Part shown: piece after piece, positions 1 to 11,070 of the stretch | How the letters are laid out: each line of letters begins with the position of its first letter | How positions within the stretch are numbered: the stretch's first letter is position 1 | DNA from: Atractiella rhizophila | Taxonomy: Eukaryota | Assembly (NCBI GenBank): GCA_021432655.1 | Contig: MU271387.1 | Span: 1-64,000, forward strand | Reading direction: 5' to 3' | Length of the DNA: 64,000 nucleotides | The notes under the pieces: model-generated | Told to the model about the DNA's origin: nothing | The model's database searches: none | What the model saw: only the letters and a program-made list of their open reading frames with translations | Program-made: the position numbers and the translations under genes

Positions 1-693
1 CTCTGGCTGATCCGTGATTGGTGGGTCCTCTTGGCGTTTATGAAGGCGAGCGGGCAGCACTGAAACTGATGACACGATAACGGAGCCTTCCCTGAATGGG
101 ACAATGAGAATGAGATGAGAAGCCTAACAGCTAGATGTCTTACGAAAGAGGTGTCAGCCCTAACCGCCCCTCCTTTGAGGCGACAGCTAACACGGTGTAG
201 TCGTTCAAGGTATTCGGGCCTAGGCAGCATTTGCTCAGCTTCCAGCAAATGTGAAGCAAAAAACGAAATGTACCGTTGAAATTTGGGTAAATATCTATAG
301 TCTGGTAGAAGTCGCCAAACTGCAATAACACTGGAATCAACTCATGATGGTCAGCTACCGCCGAGAATGTGATCGAGCTAGTCGATCCCGTCAGTGCTGA
401 GACTGAGCATTTGAAGTAGGCACTCACTATTCGCCATCTTTTATTGCTGGAAACGTTTGAGATAGCGTGGCAAGGGACGATATCCTAAACGCTTCTTTTC
501 TAATATTATCAGACCAAGGAAGCTCGATTTGAGCTGCAGCAATCTTCAGGGTCTTTGACAGTTTGCAAAGAGTTGACTTACAGCACAGCAGACTGTTGGA
601 GCATTCCCAAGCATCACCTCCAAGGCTCAACTCCTGCACACTTGCCACCGCAAACCCAACAGCCGCAAAAAGCGGAAAGCTCCACGTGCCCAT
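1..693 (-). CDS. Multi-exon secreted hypothetical protein, 3' part outside window
   Basis: N-terminus MGTWSFPLFAAVGFAVA looks like a signal peptide. GT-AG introns are visible (gtaagt and gtgagt donors). The last visible exon reads EGSVIVSSVSVLPARLHKRQEDPPITDQPE and is open to the window edge. Confidence 0.5.
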
Positions 694-817
694 CTCGCCG
701 CTGACAATTCCACAAACGAGGGCAGAGGGAAGATATTGACTTTCCTCCTTTTAACACACAAACAGGAGACCGCGTTTGCTGAAGTCATCCGCGATCCTGA
801 CCGCAAGCCAAGGAAAG

Positions 818-1235
818 ATGGAAGGCAGCTGTCAAGTCCATACTCTCAGCAAGCAAGGTCTTCGAAGTCCTGCATACGAACAAGCGGCGCTGGAAAATGT
901 CACGGTCGAAAGTGCGGCATTTCGGATCACCTTCAGCTTACATCACGACAAATATCCGTTGACTTCCTTTTTCAGCGCGGCTTCAGCATCAAGTGCGATC
1001 GATGCCGAGCTCAAAATTGTCTTGGTTGTTACTCCTCATGATGAATGCAATGACCTATTCTGTGATACAAGGCTTGCTGTACTACCCCAGTACAGTACAC
1101 GGGTCTCCCGTGCATTCGGGTCTTTGCAGTCGGTTATTGACCAAAGTTAACATCTCCACTGTCAAAGTTTTCCTTGCTTCTGCTCCAGAGCAAGGTGACC
1201 AAGGCTTAACGGAGCGAAAGCTCAAAGTTTCGTGA
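818..1235 (+). CDS. Possible small two-exon hypothetical protein
   Basis: ORFs 776..1150 and 993..1235 can be joined in frame by a short intron (weak donor gttgtt, acceptor acaag). No recognisable domain. Confidence 0.2.
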
Positions 1236-2132
1236 GAGGCTTCTGAGAAAACACAAGATCACACCACTGATATTTATTTCTGCATGCAAGCAGAGGTCTT
1301 ATAGGCGTGGGAAGGTTTATCAAAGACAGCAGTGTATAACTTGTGGCCATTTCGAGTCAGGAAAGCCATCACCTTCTCAGGACGGGTTTCCCGGATTACA
1401 CGCAGCTACGGGGATCAAAGGGATCACGAAGGAAGAAGTCCTAACGGTGCCCTCTAAGGGTCTCTCGCGTAGCGATAAAGTGTCTGGATGTTCGCTGAGG
1501 AAAGTCCATTTCTTTCATCCTCTTTAACAACGGTATTCCTCGTTAGTTCATGCGGCATCAGAGATTTTTTATCAGAAAGCTGGAGAGGAATGGAAAGATA
1601 TTTTACGGCGGAACAAACTGACATAGCATGGTTGTGCTTGCGCATTTGCAAATGGCATGGAAATTGAAAATCCATTTCCCTGATTTGCGCAAAACGGTTT
1701 TCGATTTGACCAAACAGACAACTCAATAACACATCCAGTTGTATGCGAGAAGGCGAGGAGAAGCTCCCTGCTCTGTGTAAAGGAAATAAATGTGACCAAG
1801 ACAGCTCCTTAGCTAACATTTACTCAGGACTAAATACGAAGACTAGAGGGACTCTAGTACACAATCTTATGCTATCAATAAGATAGATGGGAGCCTGCTT
1901 GCACGGCATCGCTGACTTATTATTCCGCCAAGCTTCATGTCATTTGTCCTTCTGCCAGAACCAATGATAGCACTTTCATAAGCTCGATATTATATTAACG
2001 CATGAAGCCAAAGAAGTAATGCGTGCTCCATCCTCCAGTTCATAGAAATTCGAACACCTTTACCGACAAACTTCAACATCCCTCTCTTAACACGAAAGTG
2101 GGACTTACCTTCGAGCAACAAAGGTCAGTTAA

Positions 2133-2705
2133 TCACTTGAAGCTCCCCACCCTAGCCACCACCTCTCCACCTACACCTTTCCTCACCGCCTCCCGTCCCT
2201 CCAACCACCCCAATCGTCCATTATGTATCAATATCACCTCTCCCAGCTTTGCTCCGCGCACAAACCTAACACGTTTACCTCCCACGAACCGTCGCACCTC
2301 GTCGGCGTCCAGTACCACTCTCCTTCCAGGTTTAGAGACTAGCCGTGCATCCCGAATGACCGGCGTCTCGTCTCGCACTTTAAGTGAAACCCAGAGAGCT
2401 TTGTCTTTTGGAGATTTAGCCTCAACGAACGCCTTTGGACTGGGGAGGGCTGTAGTGCCTAGGGAAAGACTAGAGATGAATCCATGCCTATGTAATAGCG
2501 ATAGAACAGATAAATTGACGTTTGAAAAGGGCAAGGAAACGTGTGAGAGACGGGCGGAGGCTGAAGTCGCGAGTTTGTTGAGGAGGAGGTGGGGGAGGAC
2601 GGGCAGTCGGCTGTGACGGAGGGGATTGGGCTGGGAAGTGCGAAGTGGTGAGCGGACGAAGTAGCGTGCGGCTGATGCTGCCACTGAGGACACGGCGCTC
2701 GACAT
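2133..2705 (-). CDS. MRPS8: Mitochondrial ribosomal protein S8 (uS8m)
   Basis: Intronless 190-aa ORF with an Arg/Ser-rich presequence and S8 motifs LLHRHGFISS, ARLVSKPGRRV and EAVRKGVGGEVVARV. Confidence 0.9.
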   Translation of the reverse strand: MSSAVSSVAASAARYFVRSPLRTSQPNPLRHSRLPVLPHLLLNKLATSASARLSHVSLPFSNVNLSVLSLLHRHGFISSLSLGTTALPSPKAFVEAKSPKDKALWVSLKVRDETPVIRDARLVSKPGRRVVLDADEVRRFVGGKRVRFVRGAKLGEVILIHNGRLGWLEGREAVRKGVGGEVVARVGSFK

Positions 2706-2771
2706 TTTATGGGATGGTGGTTGTCAAAGTTTTGGTTGGTGGCAATTTTTGTCGGGACCAAAAACGACCAC

Positions 2772-4738
2772 GATGAAGAAGGCGGCTGGGAAGTTAGCTG
2801 GTGGGGTAAAGAAAGATAGGAAAAGGGCTTCAAAAACAAAAGAAGAAGGGAATGTGCAGGACGACGCTGTTAGGCATATGTTGGCACTTTTGAACCAGCA
2901 GGAGGATGAAGGCAAAGATCAGGATCTGGAAATGGAAATGACAGGGGAAGATGATGACGAGGACGAGGAGCTGGGAAGTGCTGGAGAAATCGAGGCAACA
3001 AGTAAGTTTTCCCTTTTCGTATTCATATGCCTAGGCAAGCCTGCCTGCCATGAGCCATGACTTATAACGACGCATGTTGTGGCTCTTGACCATTTACTCT
3101 CACGACACATATCCTTGTTTTATCTATTTGTTGAATAAACGTAACCCATTCCAAGATATCATCATCGTGAAAAATGTGCGATCATACAGGCTCCTTGTGC
3201 AAACCAAATGGAGCTCGTCATCTCGCGTTCTGGTGCTCCTCTGTCGTTCCCGTTCCTTTATCTCAGTAAAATGGGAACAAAGATCTTTAGTTCAACATAT
3301 CTGCTTCCCTGTTTATATTTGCAACCAAGAACAGAGTCATCGAGCGTGTATCGTACATTTTGACTTTGCTTCAGGCAGTAACATCACTTCAAAAAATTTC
3401 CGGCACTTGTAGGGAGTCGGATGCTTCTGAATTAACCATTGAGCTTTGGTCGCCCAAAGGTCGCTGTACGAGTAACGTCCGAAATCTTCCATGATTTTGC
3501 TTAAGAGAAAACACCACTATAATATGTGACAATGTTAAGAATAACTAGCCAGCTTATTTTGGATTTTCTCAAACTGCGAAAAGTGTTGGCCCTAAAGGTT
3601 GAGTTCCATGAGCGCGCAATAGCCGGGTTACAGCAGCTCTCATGAACGATTGACGTGAACCCTTAAATGACATAAAGGATCGTATATCATCACTTTAAAG
3701 AACAATCCGCCGTTTTCTGCACGTGAGATCAGGGTTGCTTGGGTTCGCATTCTAATAGTCAGTATCGGTGTCATTCTTTGCCAGGATATGATTAGCACCG
3801 TATGGCGAAGCAACTTGATCCAATGATGTTGGATCAAAGCAACTGGGGGTCACATCTTCATTAGCAGTGTCCCCAGTTGCTCTGCTTTGTCCTACCCAAC
3901 GTCAGCGGATGGTGTCTTGTGTATTTATCTTAGCTATCGCAAAACTCAAAACTTAGTTTGTTGCAACAATGTTGTGCGCCTTCCTGCAGCGTTCCGGAAA
4001 ATCAAAGACTCATATGGATTCGCAGATGAAAGACCGTCGCTTCCTTCCACTTCGAAATCAATCCACTTGGTCAAACCGAAGCCTAAGCAGGCTACCACAA
4101 ACCTTTCAGGCCCGATTGTGACATCATTCGTTGATCCCACCAAGTCTTCATCCGGTTTTGACGCCTCACAGAAGGAATTGAAGAAAGCATTCATGGTTCG
4201 CTTTGATTTTATCCACAAGCATAAGTCTTAAGTTGTTCCTTAGTCATCAAAAATATCAAAGGTTCTCGGAGATGGCGCAGAGGAGAATCCCAAGAAGGGT
4301 AAGAAGCGGAAACTGGAGGAGGTGGAAGATGCCGAGCTTGAATCACATCTGTCCCAACTGGACGGTCAGCTCTCCAAACTTCTCGCTCTGCCATCCGAAA
4401 CCTCCTCCTCCTCCGATCTACTTTCCAAAATACTCGCCGTCCCAACTCCCGACGCTCCGGCTCCAAAAACACCTCAAAAGCAAGTACACAGTCGCACAAT
4501 CATTCGCTCGATGGAAGCCCACAAGCACAAGCGAGCACTCAAGCATGATTCCATGTTAGATCCTTCGGCGAGCAAGCAGGACAGACAGGCGAAGACTCTG
4601 CGGGAGAGGAGGAAGGAACGTGGAGAGGATAAACAGGAAAGGGGGATGAGAGGAGCAGTGGGGAAGCTGGGAAGGCACGGGTTGAAGGTTTCCATGGAAG
4701 AAATTAGAAGGATCAACGGGCCGAAGAAGGCACGATGA
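2772..4738 (+). CDS. FAF1: Faf1/DUF4602-like 40S ribosome biogenesis protein, complete copy, 3 exons
   Basis: Exons ~2772-3001, ~3990-4195 and ~4244-4738 join in frame. Motifs KKAFM|SSKISKV and C-terminal ERGMRGAVGKLGRHGLKVSMEEIRRING resemble Faf1/C1orf131 proteins. Confidence 0.65.
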
Positions 4739-6758
4739 TATGTTGGTGTACACGATTGCACTACATTTACGATTGCACTCCTGCGAATGATAATTTACAT
4801 ACATTGTTACACATAGCCATTCTTGCGAACACAGAAGGCAAAGATCAGGATCTGGAAATGGAAATGACAGGGGAAGATGATGACGAGGACGAGGAGCTGG
4901 GAAGTGCTGGAGAAATCGAGGCAACAAGTAAGTTTTCCCTTTTCGTATTCATATGCCTAGGCAAGCCTGCCTGCCATGAGCCATGACTTATAACGACGCA
5001 TGTTGTGGCTCTTGACCATTTACTCTCACGACACATATCCTTGTTTTATCTATTTGTTGAATAAACGTAACCCATTCCAAGATATCATCATCGTGAAAAA
5101 TGTGCGATCATACAGGCTCCTTGTGCAAACCAAATGGAGCTCGTCATCTCGCGTTCTGGTGCTCCTCTGTCGTTCCCGTTCCTTTATCTCAGTAAAATGG
5201 GAACAAAGATCTTTAGTTCAACATATCTGCTTCCCTGTTTATATTTGCAACCAAGAACAGAGTCATCGAGCGTGTATCGTACATTTTGACTTTGCTTCAG
5301 GCAGTAACATCACTTCAAAAAATTTCCGGCACTTGTAGGGAGTCGGATGCTTCTGAATTAACCATTGAGCTTTGGTCGCCCAAAGGTCGCTGTACGAGTA
5401 ACGTCCGAAATCTTCCATGATTTTGCTTAAGAGAAAACACCACTATAATATGTGACAATGTTAAGAATAACTAGCCAGCTTATTTTGGATTTTCTCAAAC
5501 TGCGAAAAGTGTTGGCCCTAAAGGTTGAGTTCCATGAGCGCGCAATAGCCGGGTTACAGCAGCTCTCATGAACGATTGACGTGAACCCTTAAATGACATA
5601 AAGGATCGTATATCATCACTTTAAAGAACAATCCGCCGTTTTCTGCACGTGAGATCAGGGTTGCTTGGGTTCGCATTCTAATAGTCAGTATCGGTGTCAT
5701 TCTTTGCCAGGATATGATTAGCACCGTATGGCGAAGCAACTTGATCCAATGATGTTGGATCAAAGCAACTGGGGGTCACATCTTCATTAGCAGTGTCCCC
5801 AGTTGCTCTGCTTTGTCCTACCCAACGTCAGCGGATGGTGTCTTGTGTATTTATCTTAGCTATCGCAAAACTCAAAACTTAGTTTGTTGCAACAATGTTG
5901 TGCGCCTTCCTGCAGCGTTCCGGAAAATCAAAGACTCATATGGATTCGCAGATGAAAGACCGTCGCTTCCTTCCACTTCGAAATCAATCCACTTGGTCAA
6001 ACCGAAGCCTAAGCAGGCTACCACAAACCTTTCAGGCCCGATTGTGACATCATTCGTTGATCCCACCAAGTCTTCATCCGGTTTTGACGCCTCACAGAAG
6101 GAATTGAAGAAAGCATTCATGGTTCGCTTTGATTTTATCCACAAGCATAAGTCTTAAGTTGTTCCTTAGTCATCAAAAATATCAAAGGTTCTCGGAGATG
6201 GCGCAGAGGAGAATCCCAAGAAGGGTAAGAAGCGGAAACTGGAGGAGGTGGAAGATGCCGAGCTTGAATCACATCTGTCCCAACTGGACGGTCAGCTCTC
6301 CAAACTTCTCGCTCTGCCATCCGAAACCTCCTCCTCCTCCGATCTACTTTCCAAAATACTCGCCGTCCCAACTCCCGACGCTCCGGCTCCAAAAACACCT
6401 CAAAAGCAAGTACACAGTCGCACAATCATTCGCTCGATGGAAGCCCACAAGCACAAGCGAGCACTCAAGCATGATTCCATGTTAGATCCTTCGGCGAGCA
6501 AGCAGGACAGACAGGCGAAGACTCTGCGGGAGAGGAGGAAGGAACGTGGAGAGGATAAACAGGAAAGGGGGATGAGAGGAGCAGTGGGGAAGCTGGGAAG
6601 GCACGGGTTGAAGGTTTCCATGGAAGAAATTAGAAGGATCAACGGGCCGAAGAGGGCACGATGATATGTTGGTGTACACGATTGCACTACATTTACGATT
6701 GCACTCCTGCGAATGATAATTTACATACATTGTTACACATAGCCATTCTTGCGAACAC
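2908..6758 (+). repeat. Tandem direct duplication, period 1,926 bp (2908-4832 and 4834-6758)
   Basis: The ORF track repeats at +1926. By eye the copies are identical except A4728/G6654 (K to R). The junction base 4833 is A, whereas the equivalent positions 2907 and 6759 are T. Confidence 0.97.
4834..6664 (+). pseudogene. 5'-truncated second copy of the Faf1-like gene (or assembly duplicate)
   Basis: Lacks the promoter and the first ~45 codons of the first copy. An in-frame ATG remains at 4858. Confidence 0.6.
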
Positions 6759-6792
6759 TTCTTGTGGAAAATTACAACGAGTCCATTATTTC

Positions 6793-9700
6793 TTATTTCA
6801 GTCCAAAGCCTTGGCTTTCATCCTGAATACTCAGTAAGTAACTGGACGCTACCAATGGAAGAAAGACGCACGATGGCTCTATTCATTTTTTCTTCAAATA
6901 TCTCTCTTGAGGGGTAAGTGGGGAGCGTCAGAAGGTTGAAGCAAGTCCTTGCCTGGGGTAACCTTGTTGCATCTTTGCCATGTACAAGCTTCATCTGCAC
7001 TCCGGAAATGCCTGTTCCACTCACTTAGTCACAGCAGAGGCGAAAGGAAGATGAAATCAACCTGTGGCGGGTATCCTGTCACTCCCAGTAATGAAAGCGA
7101 GCAGTTTTCTTTGTCGTTCAGGTGCGAGTTTCCCAAAGAAATCCCAGAAATCTCTGTGGTATCGGGTAAGCACTGCTCCAACCAGTTGCGATAAACTTAC
7201 TCCACAGCGTGAGCATCAAGGGTTGAAAACCCTTCGTGATGTGTTGATGCTCTCAGGTCATGAATGTTTAACTCCTCTATACTTCCTCTATCGAAACACG
7301 ATTAGAGATCAGGTCGGCGCGTGGTCGCGCAAGAACGAACCGGATGAGGAGTTCCAACTCCTCCCCTCTCAAAAGCGAAAGCGCTGCACTCGGTCGCGAT
7401 ACAGAATCAAATCCTCGTTTGAAATGCTCGAACTGATTGACTATTGATTCAGTGAGGATGAAACTCGTAAGCCTGTCAACGTAAACTGACGTTGCAACAC
7501 ATCAGCCACATCCAACCGGCAGGATGAGAGAAAATGCAAATACATACGCTGTCGATTCTCTTTCGTCACCACAATCTTGTCCCCGTTCTTGATCAGAGGC
7601 GTGGAGACGACTTCTCCCCAAGCCTCGTGTTCTCCAACAAAGGTACGGCAGAATACATCTTCTAGATCGTCCTCTTCATAATTTAACAGCTGTTTCAACC
7701 CTCTCGCAAGCCCCGGGTTAAATTGCGCTAGGTCGTCCAGGTCAACTGGGATACCTTTTCAAGCAGAAGACGTCAAGCTTGCAACTTTTCAAGAAGGGGA
7801 AGGGACGCACCAAGAAGTTTCTTGTAACATGCCTAGCCGATCATAACGTCAGAGAAGTGGTTTGCGTGCTCAGTAATACACTGACCAGCGGCAGTGGTAT
7901 ATCTGCTCGAAGAAATCAGCTAGCAGCTCTCGAGGTACAGACATGAAATGAATTACCAAGAACGCTACAGTTTAGAACTGCTAACCCGATAAGTACACCA
8001 ACGAGATAATACTCGTCCGGGCTTTCCATAGTCGCAGGGTTGAACCAGCACCTGAGCTCTCGGCAAATCAAGATCTGTTCAATCTGAGGAGAAAGAAACA
8101 GACAGTCGGGATTCTTCATCATAGGTGAACATGCCAAACTAGTTCTTCCTTCAGGACACAAACATTTAGCAGAGAAAGCAATGGAACGGACTTGAGGGTC
8201 GAAGAGCTCTCTTGAGATGATAAGGAACCACTCTTTCTTCAGTCCACCTGCATCAATCCCCTCCTCTCCCGAGAACTGGACCTTCAACTGTTTCCTGAGG
8301 TCCAGCTGACTAGCGGATGCAATCTGCAGTTCATAGCCATCTTCAACGTCTCTCTCGTTAGAAAGAACGGAAGCCACCAACCTGATTTATGGAATCTTGC
8401 ATCACATGGTCCCTGCGAACTCGTAGCAAGAACACAGGCATGACAAGGCGGCCATGATACATAGTGCTAGCAAGAGCATGCTGTGCATTCCTCTGGAGTA
8501 GAGCTTTCGATTCCTCATTCAGCAAAGACTGTTTTAGGCCCATCGAGAGCAGGAAAGGGTATTGACAGAAGGTAAATTGGCTGTCCCATAGCAACAGCCG
8601 TCAATGCGTGCCGTGAAGGAGGAAGAAAATGAAGGACGCACCGAGGACGATGGGAAAGCCACAGGTTGAAATCTTCCATCATTATTGTCCTCCCTAACAG
8701 ATCAATAGCAACATTATAAAATGCGCCAACATCCACACGGTGTCTCTTAAGGTTGCTAGCCCCTGCATATCCACATACAAATCCAACAAATCATTAGTCT
8801 TTACTTCTTCAATCGAATTATGCGGCAAAATTAAACGGCACGCACAGAAAAGAGCCATCACCCTGGCTGCTGATCTCACAAACCAACACGCACGCTGGTC
8901 ACGGTACATCGCTTTTTTCCCTGAGGGAAGGGAATAGATTGATTCAGCGATGAAGGAGTTCACAAGGTCGATCTTGGATTCGAAAGAAGCAGTGGGATAG
9001 GAGGGGGCAGCGAAGTGTGAGACTTGGTGGTGGTGCATCACGTTCGAGAGGCCGCTGACTCTATAGATTCATGGCCATAAGGGGACTTGCGCAGGAAACG
9101 AGGAAGGATGTTGATTCGGACGGAGGACGATGGAAAGAAACGCACAAACCGAAGAAGCGAGAGAGGATCCGCGTCCTCTTCTCCGCGTCAGGGATCATGC
9201 TTCTTTGTAGGAGGGGGCACTGTCAGAGCGCATCAGCATCAACATCACTTCATTCCTAGTGAAGAACGAAAGGGAAGGACGCAACAAACGCACCTCCCAC
9301 AAAACGATGGCCCACCACATCTTCCCCTCCTTCCCCTCCCACTCCCTAATCGCCCATCCAGGTTTCCTCAAGGCCCAATCAATGCCATCCACCACGCTTT
9401 CCTTCAACAGCGGCGACACGACAACAAGTGCGTAAAACGTGCGCAGACCATTCAAGTCCAAGTAGGAGTCTTCCTGTCCGGTCGCCTTCGCATCTGCAGA
9501 AGCCGAGGGCGCAGGGAGAAGGAAAGATTTCTGAAGTGCACGCAAGGAGCGAAAGACGGAGTGTACTCGTTTGGCGAAGGCGTCTAGGACAAGACCGTCA
9601 CGGTCCTTCGATGTTGATGTTGATGATATGGATAAGTTCTGTATCCCCAATCCTTCTGCTCGTGACCCTTCTCCTTCTGTTTCTGTTTCTGTTCCAGTGG

Positions 9701-10880
9701 CCAAGTCGCTCTGTTGAGATATCGAGTCTTCTTTCGTGCGCGAACGGAGTGTGGAGAGAAGAGAGTCTGGAGTGTCAAACGCGGATGACCAGGCGAAGAC
9801 TTCATCTGATGTCAATGGAGGGACTTCCACATCTATTCACGTCGTTTCGTAAGAGCACAAAAATTGATTGTGCAATAAATGTCTGAGAGGAGAGCGACGT
9901 ACCGTCTGGACCACGTTCAAGATCCGTGACGGAAAGACAGACGGTGCACCTTCATTCATCTAGCTGTCACCATCAAGGTCAAAAGTACGGAAGAAGGCGT
10001 ACTTGAACCTCATCCTCCCCCTATCGTGTCTCAGCATCGTCCCACACACCAGACATATCGTCTTGATTTGCTATCCATCACATTGCATTTTAACTTCTTT
10101 CCCTAACCTACCCGCAGCAAGTATTAAAATGAGGAGACGCACTGAGCTGGTCGAAGAGCCGTCAAGTTTCCCCATTCCTTCCTCCACGGCAGCGAACATT
10201 CTCTCCTTGTCCTTCCCTTCTCCCTCCGTCTCCCCCTCTCCCGTTTCTCCCCACGGTCCACCGTTCCCAATGACCTGCTTCCACCAACTACCACTTCCAT
10301 TGCTTCCATCCCTCCTCTCCCTTTCCTCGGGTTCATCCATCGAAACAGGCATGGAAACTGGATGAGGAGGAGGGATATGAGGAGGAGGAGGTGCAGGAGT
10401 GCCGAATCCCAAAAACTCTGACAACGCACGAAAATCTCGCGCGAACCCATTCCTATCCATCAACCCTATCGCGAACCCTGAACTCTCCTCTGCGTGTTCC
10501 AACGGTTGGGGTGAAGGATGGCGATAGTAAGTTGCCTGCGCCTGACGATTCTGACGAGCATGAGCCTGAGGATAGTGGTGATATATATCGTATCCATACT
10601 GCGGTTGCTGAGTAGTAGACTGTTGAGCAGACACTGGATGAGCGTATTCCTCGTCACCGTTCGTCCAGTTCGAAGGTACGTTTAGGTGTCCAGAAGAGCT
10701 AGAAGAAGGTCCTGCGCTGCTTTGGGAGAGAAGAGGTTCTGACACTGCTCTTGTGTTGAAACTAGACGAGGTTGACGGCGGGAGGTTCCACGGTGCGATT
10801 GGTATTGGGCGATGGGCTGGACTGGGTGGATTAGGCGTTAGAGGCCGGTTGGAGCGGGAGGGTGAGGGTGGTGGATCCAT
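6793..10880 (-). CDS. HECT-type E3 ubiquitin ligase (Hul4/HECTD2-like)
   Basis: HECT motifs LRVRRDH, LKVQFSGEEGIDAGGLKKEWF and RLPQARTCFNLLTLPTY (catalytic Cys), ending DESQGFGLK*. N-terminal CLVCG...RCTVC Cys pairs. Many short introns. The start MDPPPSP at 10880 is a best guess. Confidence 0.9.
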
Positions 10881-11070
10881 AAGGTGCAAGGCAGAATGGT
10901 GTAGGTGTGCTTGCCTGGAGTAGGCAGGGAGGTCGTTGTCTTGGTGGTCGTGCTGATGAATCGACGTGATCGATTTCAACTTCTACTTCAGATCGCTGAA
11001 AAGACACTAGAGCAACGACTTGGGCATATGGCACAAAGGGATACATGCCAATGCAAGAATAAAGATACGT

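Noticed and set aside
3025..3060. Helitron-like end (CTAG within the palindrome TGCCTAGGCA) at the start of the long intron
   Set aside because: No properly spaced subterminal hairpin or A/T insertion site, and no matching other terminus.
3062..3412. Mitovirus RdRp or NUMT interpretation of the TGA-rich frame containing HDDDIL
   Set aside because: There is no GDD in a proper motif context, no other RdRp motifs, and an internal TAA remains.
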